From: Pseudoalteromonas tetraodonis
GTDB taxonomy: Bacteria; Pseudomonadota; Gammaproteobacteria; Enterobacterales; Alteromonadaceae
Direction of reading: 5' to 3'
Length of the DNA: 32,000 bases
NCBI RefSeq assembly: GCF_002310835.1
Contig: NZ_CP011041.1
Span: forward strand, 2,730,001 to 2,762,000
Below are positions 25,953 through 32,000 of the stretch, piece by piece (within the stretch, counting starts at the first letter, position 1; each line of letters begins with the position of its first letter). The position numbers and the translations under genes were made by a program. The notes beneath the pieces were generated by a model that did not search any database, was not told the origin of the DNA, and saw only the letters and a list, made by a program, of their open reading frames with translations.

Positions 25953-26131
25953 AATCTTACTGCTTTATCAAGTACTATAAATAAAAATTAAACTGCTATT
26001 TTTCAGTTAGTTAAAACTATATCACTATCGGCATGACGATTGCTTCTATAAATACAAGAGGTGTTCGTTATCGCAATTTAAATACTCACTAGAGTAAAGC
26101 GAGCACTATTTTTGAAATAGTAGGAGGAATC

Positions 26132-26656
26132 ATGAGTAACAGTAATAATGCAAATAAAGTCGCTGAATTTACCGCTCCCGGTGTAGAAAACGAATCAGCA
26201 AATAAAGCAATATCTGTACTAGAAAATCGCATGGTAGCGCTAATTGATTTACAGCTAACTTTAAAACATATTCATTGGAATGTAGTAGGTCCAAACTTTA
26301 TTGGCGTACATGAAATGCTAGACCCACAAGTAGAAACCGTCCGTGAAATGACCGACACCATAGCAGAACGTATTGCCACTTTAGGCGGCGTCCCAGTTGG
26401 CACACCAAAATCGATTGTTGAGCGCCGTACATGGGAAGATTACGCCATAGGTAAAGGCTTAGTAACTGAACACTTAGCCGCATTAGACAAAGTATATAAC
26501 GGCGTTAACGGTGATCACCGTAAAGCCATAGAATCACTTGCTGAGCTTGATCCGGTATCTGAAGATATGATCATTGCGCAACTTGCAGAGCTTGAGCAAT
26601 ATCAGTGGTTTGTTCGCGCCCACATAGAATCATCTACTGGTCAATTGAACAGCTAA
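26132..26656 (+). CDS. dps: Dps (DNA starvation/stationary-phase protection protein, ferritin-like)
   Basis: 174 aa; SD aggagg upstream. 'LKHIHWNVVGPNFIGVHEMLD' and 'ERIATLGG' are Dps ferroxidase-site signatures. Confidence 0.92.
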   Translation: MSNSNNANKVAEFTAPGVENESANKAISVLENRMVALIDLQLTLKHIHWNVVGPNFIGVHEMLDPQVETVREMTDTIAERIATLGGVPVGTPKSIVERRTWEDYAIGKGLVTEHLAALDKVYNGVNGDHRKAIESLAELDPVSEDMIIAQLAELEQYQWFVRAHIESSTGQLNS

Positions 26657-26690
26657 TTTTTAAAGCAGTCATTTGACTTACAAAGCCCAG

Positions 26691-26724
26691 TAACTTGCTG
26701 GGCTTTTTTGTTTTTAAACTATAT
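26691..26724 (+). terminator. Rho-independent terminator of dps
   Basis: Stem aaagcccag (26691-26699) / ctgggcttt (26707-26715), 7-nt loop, then TTTgTTTT. Confidence 0.85.
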
Positions 26725-26841
26725 TCCTCTTATTAATACACTAGAAATCCCCCTATTTAGCGCATCTAACACGTTTAGTTACTATACTTATTATTAAAGA
26801 GAACTTACTATCGACTCCTAATTATTAGCAGGGAATTTGAA

Positions 26842-28584
26842 GTGTTGTCGCGTCTATATAGCTTTATGCCAGGTTTACACACCTTATTTAATTATCAACG
26901 CCAATGGTTTGCTGATGATGTGAGGGCGGCATTATCGGTTGCAGCCGTTGCTTTACCTGTTGCTATAGCTTATGCGCAACTTACAGGCGTTAATGCTGCA
27001 GTTGGCCTGTATTCTTGCGTATTACCTATGATGCTTTATGCACTTTTTGGTACCTCTAAACAGCTTATTATTGGCCCTGATGCCGCAACATGTGCGGTTA
27101 TTGCTGCAGTTGTTACTCCACTCGCTGCAGGCGATAGCTTTAAACATTGGCAATTAGTGATCACCATGACCGCAATGACCGGTTTTTGGTGCTTTATTGC
27201 CAGCCGCTTTAAGCTAGGTGTATTAGCCGACTTTTTATCTAAACCAATTTTAATGGGGTTATTAAACGGTGTGGCTATTACCATTATTGTTGGTCAGTTT
27301 TCTAAAGTATTTGGCTTTACCTTTGATGAGCGCTACTTGCTTGAGCGTTTAGGTGGCGTTCCTACGTATTTATCGCAAACTCATATTCCCACCTTGCTAA
27401 TGGCTTTATTTACCCTCGGCGTTTACTTTGTGTTAAAGCGCTTAAAACCTACATGGCCAGCCTCTATGTTTGCCATTGCACTAGGTGCGGTATTCGTTTG
27501 GTTGTTTAATTTAGAGCAGTTTGAAATAAAAACCATAGGCACAGTAACCGGTGGTTTGCCTGTGTTTAACACTCCAGTATTTGACGTGGGTATTATTCGA
27601 GAACTTGTTGTACCGGCACTCAACTTAGCCATAGTTAGCTTTGTCAGCATGATGCTAACGGCGCGAAGCTTTGCAGCAAAGAATGGCTACGACATCGATG
27701 CCGATAAAGAATTTAGAGCCTTGGGCATCGCTAATTTAGCGTCAGCATTATCACAAGGCTTTGCCGTTAGTGGTGCCGACTCACGCACAGCCGTGAACGA
27801 CGACTCTGGCGGAAAAACCCAATTAGTTTCGATTATAGCTGCCGCTATTATTGGCGTTATCGCTCTTTTTTTAACGGCGCCGCTTGAGTTTATTCCCAGT
27901 GCTGCACTCGGGATTGTATTAATAATTGCCTCTGTTCACCTGCTTGATTTAAAGGCAGTCTGGCAATTAAAATTTAAAGATAAGCAGGCATTTTACTTAG
28001 CCTCAGCCACACTTTTTGCTGTGCTGTTTATTGGTGTTATACCAGGAATTACCCTTGCTGTATTACTAGGGTTATTTCAATTTATTCGAACTGTTATGCG
28101 CCCATCAGACACCATTTTAGGTGTGGATATAAAAGGCGTAGTAAGAAGCTTAGACGAAACAGATAAAGCCAAAGCAGTACAAGGGGTTTTTATATATCGT
28201 TTTAATTCTCCTTTAACCTATTTTAATGCCAGTTATTTTAAACGCCGCTTGTTAGAGCAATATGCAAGACAAAAAGACGACACGCAATGTGTCATTATTG
28301 ATGCTGTGCCCTGCTTCACTCATCTTGATTTAAGCGTTATGGCCATGCTCGCAGACCTAGATGTGATATTTAAAAAACGAGGTATTCGATTAGAGCTAGC
28401 GGGAAGAAAACGCCAGCTACTTTCTTGGTTTAAAACCGCTGGTATCGCCTCAGGTAAAGACGGTATTTATATTCATTCAGACTTATACATTGCCTTACAA
28501 AAAAACAGCGTCAGTCAGCATGTCGACGAGGTTACGATGTTTCAATCGCAAAACTCCGAAGAGATAAATGCAGGTAATAATTAG
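26842..28584 (+). CDS. SulP family inorganic anion transporter with C-terminal STAS domain
   Basis: 580 aa. GTG start with aggga 8 nt upstream; an alternative ATG lies at 26866. 'DVRAALSVAAVALPVAIAYAQLTGV', 'GPDAATCAVIAA', 'ALGIANLASALSQGFAVSGADSRTAVN' and a STAS-like tail are present. Confidence 0.88.
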   Translation: MLSRLYSFMPGLHTLFNYQRQWFADDVRAALSVAAVALPVAIAYAQLTGVNAAVGLYSCVLPMMLYALFGTSKQLIIGPDAATCAVIAAVVTPLAAGDSFKHWQLVITMTAMTGFWCFIASRFKLGVLADFLSKPILMGLLNGVAITIIVGQFSKVFGFTFDERYLLERLGGVPTYLSQTHIPTLLMALFTLGVYFVLKRLKPTWPASMFAIALGAVFVWLFNLEQFEIKTIGTVTGGLPVFNTPVFDVGIIRELVVPALNLAIVSFVSMMLTARSFAAKNGYDIDADKEFRALGIANLASALSQGFAVSGADSRTAVNDDSGGKTQLVSIIAAAIIGVIALFLTAPLEFIPSAALGIVLIIASVHLLDLKAVWQLKFKDKQAFYLASATLFAVLFIGVIPGITLAVLLGLFQFIRTVMRPSDTILGVDIKGVVRSLDETDKAKAVQGVFIYRFNSPLTYFNASYFKRRLLEQYARQKDDTQCVIIDAVPCFTHLDLSVMAMLADLDVIFKKRGIRLELAGRKRQLLSWFKTAGIASGKDGIYIHSDLYIALQKNSVSQHVDEVTMFQSQNSEEINAGNN

Positions 28585-28614
28585 GGTTATTATTTTTCCT
28601 CAACTACACTAGAT

Positions 28615-28641
28615 GAGTCATTTATTGTGAATGACTCTTTA
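28615..28641 (+). terminator. Probable Rho-independent terminator of the SulP gene
   Basis: Stem gagtcatt (28615-28622) / aatgactc (28630-28637), 7-nt loop, then TTTAT. Confidence 0.55.
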
Positions 28642-28897
28642 TAAAACAATAAAGTGTTCAAGCATTTTAATGAATCAACACTTAATAATAAGCGTAGCCT
28701 TATTACCTTTTCTTGCTACTTACTAAACCTTAAAAATATAAATAATAGCCAGATGCAAATATCATACAGCGCAGTAAATACATAGTTTAGTCGCTAATGC
28801 GGTCGCTTTTAGTTTTAGCTAATTAGCCATAAGTTGTTTATGGTTATGGTTTATCAATTGCCGCTCACCAAACCCAATGAAAGACAAAGGAGCTACC

Positions 28898-29341
28898 ATG
28901 AAATATACATTAATAATTTTATGCTTAATTGCACTTGCAGGTTGCGATAAAGGCGTTGATTCTCCAAGGGGGTTTAGCTTACCAGAGGGAAATGCTGAAA
29001 AAGGTAAAGCCGTTTTTATTAAGTATGAGTGTTTGGCATGCCATACGCTTGCAGGTGTAGAAGATGACAGTATAAAAAAACATGACGATATTTCTATCAG
29101 ACTAGGCGGAAATAAAACCAAAATAGTCACTTATGCTGAGTTAGTTACATCGGTTATTAACCCTTCGCACCGCTTTTCAAGGCCTTACAGAGCTGATGCT
29201 AGAACCCCCGATGGAGCATCTAAAATGGCGGTATTTAACGACACCATGACCGTTTCTGAACTCACTGATTTAGTGACCTTTTTACAACCAAATTATAAGC
29301 TTATTCCTTATCACAGAACGAAGTACTCAGATTACAAATAA
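28898..29341 (+). CDS. Small c-type cytochrome lipoprotein (single CxxCH haem site)
   Basis: The track start is 28877. I prefer the ATG at 28898, with SD aaggag 6 nt upstream. Signal peptide plus lipobox 'LIALAGCDKG', haem motif 'CLACH', distal 'M' in 'SKMAVFND'. Confidence 0.8.
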   Translation: MKYTLIILCLIALAGCDKGVDSPRGFSLPEGNAEKGKAVFIKYECLACHTLAGVEDDSIKKHDDISIRLGGNKTKIVTYAELVTSVINPSHRFSRPYRADARTPDGASKMAVFNDTMTVSELTDLVTFLQPNYKLIPYHRTKYSDYK

Positions 29342-29363
29342 ATACTTATAAGTAAACATCAAC

Positions 29364-29394
29364 AAAAAAGCCGTTATTAAACAACGGCTTTTTA
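29364..29394. terminator. Bidirectional Rho-independent terminator between convergent genes
   Basis: Stem aaaaagccgtt (29365-29375) / aacggcttttt (29383-29393), 7-nt loop. The A-tract on one side and T-tract on the other allow function on both strands. Confidence 0.8.
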
Positions 29395-29413
29395 TTATAG
29401 ATTATGGATAACC

Positions 29414-30124
29414 CTATTCAGCATTAACCATGTCTTCAAACTTCATACCGGTTAACTTAGTCAGTACTTTAATTACATAAACAAAAATACCAATGAGCAT
29501 GAGCATAGACGGAATAGCAATTACCGGATAACTCAATAGCGTCATTTCACCAAGCTGTTCGTTAAATTCAACGGAGCCTGCAGGGCTGGTAACAATCCAT
29601 TTAGCAAGGATGTAATTCATCGTAGATGAAAACACAAAGGTCAGCGCTAAGAGGTAATTAGCATTGGTGATTTTTTGTTTAAAGCTTTGTGTATTGCCTC
29701 GTGCATCTAAGGCATCATAAATAGTATCTAGCTTAAATAAAAGTGAGTTTAATAAAAGTTTGGCTAGCAGGGGTTTACCAAAAAAGCCCGACATCAGCAC
29801 GGTAAAACCAATGATTGCCGGAATAGCTGCTTCTTTAATAGCTAACCACTCAACGTTTAGCTCAAACAAGGCAATACCACCGGTAAGCAAAGTACTTAAA
29901 AAGCCTAAAAGCGAGATGAAGTTTAATGAGCCCGCTTTTATAAAATCATAAATACCGTAACTAATAGGGAATATAAGCGCGACAATTAAACCAGTCACAC
30001 TGCCTAAATATTCAGGGCCAGAAAACTTCATTAAAATGACTGAAGGGATGATGATATTAAAGACTATTTCGATAAGCGGATTATTTTTTTTACGCTTATT
30101 TGTAGCTTGATTATTACTGGTCAT
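29414..30124 (-). CDS. Polytopic inner-membrane protein of unknown function (layout reminiscent of septation protein A/YciB-like or 'VC0807'-type proteins)
   Basis: The track start is TTG at 30136; I prefer the ATG at 30124 ('MTSNNQATNKRKKNNP...'). A basic N-terminus is followed by ~6 hydrophobic helices. The family assignment is tentative. Confidence 0.6.
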   Translation of the reverse strand: MTSNNQATNKRKKNNPLIEIVFNIIIPSVILMKFSGPEYLGSVTGLIVALIFPISYGIYDFIKAGSLNFISLLGFLSTLLTGGIALFELNVEWLAIKEAAIPAIIGFTVLMSGFFGKPLLAKLLLNSLLFKLDTIYDALDARGNTQSFKQKITNANYLLALTFVFSSTMNYILAKWIVTSPAGSVEFNEQLGEMTLLSYPVIAIPSMLMLIGIFVYVIKVLTKLTGMKFEDMVNAE

Positions 30125-30379
30125 TTTTAGTTCCAAAAAATATTACTGCTGCCATTAATTTCCCCTAATGTGGAATAAATAATGCTAAATATTGCTTCTT
30201 TGCATAATACCCGCAATAAGCCCGCTATTCTAGCATGGCACTTAGTCATATTATTTTATTATATAGCGCTTACTCTGCAGTAATATAGGTATAAATTGAG
30301 GCGTTAATTAAATCACCAGTCGTATTTTCAGCCCTCAAAGACTATATTAAAGCTACAAAAAATAAATTAGTTTAAAGTC

Positions 30380-31156
30380 ATGCTCAGTAGTAAGTATTTA
30401 TCTACATCGTACTTTTGGTTATTTTTATTGATGGTTTGTGTGCATCAAAAGGCCGCTGCCAAACAAATTATTGCTGTTGCCGAATTAAGTGGACTGTTTC
30501 AACACGCTGCTAATAATCAACACCAAGGGGTTTATCATGCGTTATTAACCAAAGCACTCGCAGATACAAAACTGAGTGATCAATACATAATTGAAGTCAT
30601 GCCAATGAAACGCGCTAAGCTTGAGTTTTTAAAACAAACTGTTGCTTGCTATGCACCAGGTGAGGACACCTTTGATGGCTCAGAAGGGATTACATTACCT
30701 AAAAACATTTTACACAGCACACCTTTTAACAAAGCACTGATCAAAGTGGTTTCTAATAACCCAAAGCGAGTTATTTCAAACGTAGGCCAAATTAATAACA
30801 GCGATATTATTAGCATTGTTCGAGGGGTGCCCAGTAGTCGTGAGCTAGATAGAATAAAAGAAAAAGCCAAAATAGTAATTGAAGTAAATAGCGAAATGGA
30901 AAGCTTACAACTTTTATTACTCGGGCGAGTAGACTTAATATTAGCTTTTTATCCCGATATTACGTTTGCCTATAAAGCGTTAAATATACACCCCCATCTA
31001 CCCTATAGTAATAACTACTCACCGGTGAGCATTAACGATAATATTATTTGCCACCCAAGCTATAAAAAAGACTTTGAAAAAATAAACAAAAAAATTACCG
31101 AATATCTGCAAAACGGTGAAATGAAAATATTATTAAATGATTATTTTATTCATTAA
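30380..31156 (+). CDS. Secreted solute-binding-protein-like protein (family 3-like, orphan)
   Basis: 258 aa. Signal peptide 'FWLFLLMVCVHQKAAA'. 'IIEVMPMKRAKLEF' and 'GRVDLILAFYPD' parallel 'FEIMPMARMFQQ' and 'NRIDFVVTNT' in the 7629..8390 protein. More AT-rich than its neighbours, with no obvious SD. Confidence 0.55.
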   Translation: MLSSKYLSTSYFWLFLLMVCVHQKAAAKQIIAVAELSGLFQHAANNQHQGVYHALLTKALADTKLSDQYIIEVMPMKRAKLEFLKQTVACYAPGEDTFDGSEGITLPKNILHSTPFNKALIKVVSNNPKRVISNVGQINNSDIISIVRGVPSSRELDRIKEKAKIVIEVNSEMESLQLLLLGRVDLILAFYPDITFAYKALNIHPHLPYSNNYSPVSINDNIICHPSYKKDFEKINKKITEYLQNGEMKILLNDYFIH

Positions 31157-31269
31157 CCTCTATTTAAAGCCTGCATAGGGTTGCGCCATATAAAACTCCC
31201 TTTTACAGCTTGGAAAACCTTCTCGCTTGCTCTAGTATCTAGTTGTCTTAGCTCATAATTTGCATTTTA

Positions 31270-32000
31270 ATGAAATCATTTCCGTCACTGTACTTTGCCA
31301 ATTTATTTTTAATTATTGGTACCGGTTTACTTACTACCTATTTAGCGCTTTATTTAGGTAAACAAGGCACGTCTACGTTTTGGATAGGCTTAATGACCTC
31401 GTGTTATTACCTTGGCTTATTACTGGGTTCAAAACTTGGCTATCATCTTATTAAATCGGTAGGTCACATCAGAACCTTTGCCGCCAGTACTGCTGCAGTG
31501 ACAGCCTGTGTGGCTGCTCATGGCGTGAGTGATAATCTTTATATATGGTTAGGCCTTAGGCTTTTTGTTGGCTTAGGTATGATGTGTAATTACATGGTGC
31601 TAGAAAGCTGGCTGAATGAACAGTCAGCCCCCGAATCACGCGGCCGCGTATTCTCGTTTTATATGATCACTTCATACTTGGGGATGATTTTAGGGCAATT
31701 AGCGCTCGCACAATTTCCTGAGCTAGGTTATGCGCCGCTATTTTTAGTCTGCATGGCGTTAGCAATCGGTATTATTCCTATTTCTATCACTCGTAGAATC
31801 CACCCAAAACCCTTAAAACCGATAAAAATGAGCCTATTTGATTACGCTAAAAAAGTGCCACAATCGCTTACTGCGGTGCACTTTGCAGGCATTATTAATG
31901 GTAGCTTTTATGGTCTAGCACCTATTTTTGCCAAGTTATCAGGCTTTAACGCCGCTGAAATTGCTATTTTTATGTCGCTAACTATTTTAGCCGGCCTGCT
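31270..32000 (+). CDS. MFS transporter (YcaD-like), 3' end outside the window
   Basis: This ORF is not in the ORF track because no stop is reached. ATG at 31270, and the frame stays open to the window end. Translation 'MKSFPSLYFANLFLIIGTGLLTTYLALYLGKQGTSTFWIGLMTSCYYLGLLLGSKLG...LESWLNEQSAPESRGRVFSFYMITSYLGMILGQ' shows MFS helices and loop motifs. Confidence 0.8.
   Translation, partial: MKSFPSLYFANLFLIIGTGLLTTYLALYLGKQGTSTFWIGLMTSCYYLGLLLGSKLGYHLIKSVGHIRTFAASTAAVTACVAAHGVSDNLYIWLGLRLFVGLGMMCNYMVLESWLNEQSAPESRGRVFSFYMITSYLGMILGQLALAQFPELGYAPLFLVCMALAIGIIPISITRRIHPKPLKPIKMSLFDYAKKVPQSLTAVHFAGIINGSFYGLAPIFAKLSGFNAAEIAIFMSLTILAGL

Noticed and set aside
28679-28735. 18-codon hydrophobic mini-ORF (MNQHLIISVALLPFLATY) in the SulP/cytochrome c intergenic region
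   Set aside because: It has no Shine-Dalgarno sequence and lies in AT-rich DNA, where short ORFs arise by chance. Coding cannot be assessed without conservation data.
28819-29130. 103-aa minus-strand ORF antisense to the cytochrome c gene
   Set aside because: The plus-strand ORF has an SD, a lipobox and a CxxCH motif. The antisense ORF has no supporting features.
30140-30286. 10-bp inverted repeat atattactgc (30140-30149) / gcagtaatat (30277-30286) flanking ~127 bp, considered as a MITE-like element
   Set aside because: It is a single short AT-rich match in a divergent promoter region. There are no target-site duplication, no second copy in the window and no internal structure. It is compatible with chance.
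1-32000. Search for a defence island, mobile element, CRISPR array, integron cassettes, or tRNA/rRNA genes
   Set aside because: I found no integrase, transposase or recombinase motifs. There are no nuclease, helicase or ATPase gene clusters, no regularly spaced direct repeats, no attC-like repeats, and no tRNA-like G+C-rich cloverleaf segments in any intergenic region (all are under 350 bp). Gene content and composition look like core chromosome.

Overview
This window looks like an ordinary, gene-dense chromosomal stretch from an AT-rich marine gammaproteobacterium. The protein sequences resemble Pseudoalteromonas/Alteromonadales, but that is inference and cannot be verified here. I support 29 protein-coding genes, two of them cut by the window edges.

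Gene content, left to right:
- 7TMR-DISM/GGDEF diguanylate cyclase (5' partial)
- VOC/glyoxalase-fold protein
- overlapping pair of paralogous small membrane proteins
- four-FAS1 (fasciclin) lipoprotein
- SRPBCC + fatty-acid-hydroxylase operon, divergent from an AraC regulator
- orphan family-3 solute-binding protein
- NUDIX hydrolase
- PrpE-like propionate-CoA ligase
- MscS-like channel
- LysR regulator divergent from an OYE/NemA-type flavin reductase
- second membrane GGDEF cyclase
- lipoprotein of unknown function
- DAACS symporter
- signal-peptide-bearing catalase-peroxidase KatG
- LplT-like MFS transporter fused to an Aas-type acyltransferase
- DUF2189 membrane protein
- CBS-pair protein
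- DUF2237 protein
- CorA
- Dps
- SulP/STAS anion transporter
- small c-type cytochrome lipoprotein
- polytopic membrane protein
- second orphan SBP-like protein
- YcaD-like MFS transporter (3' partial)

Several clear Rho-independent terminators are present. I saw no tRNA or rRNA genes, CRISPR array, integrase or transposase, long repeats, or toxin-antitoxin or defence-type enzymes (nucleases, helicases, ATPases).

I do not find a convincing novel multi-gene system. The most unusual items are:
1. the translationally coupled paralogous small-membrane-protein pair (2016-2773);
2. a PF03640-type module nested inside the fourth FAS1 domain of the lipoprotein;
3. the SRPBCC/hydroxylase/AraC module;
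4. the LplT-acyltransferase fusion that lacks an acyl-ACP synthetase domain;
5. an orphan terminator-like palindrome and phased CTAT repeats in the corA-dps intergenic region.

All functional calls come from motif recognition by eye. No database search was possible.
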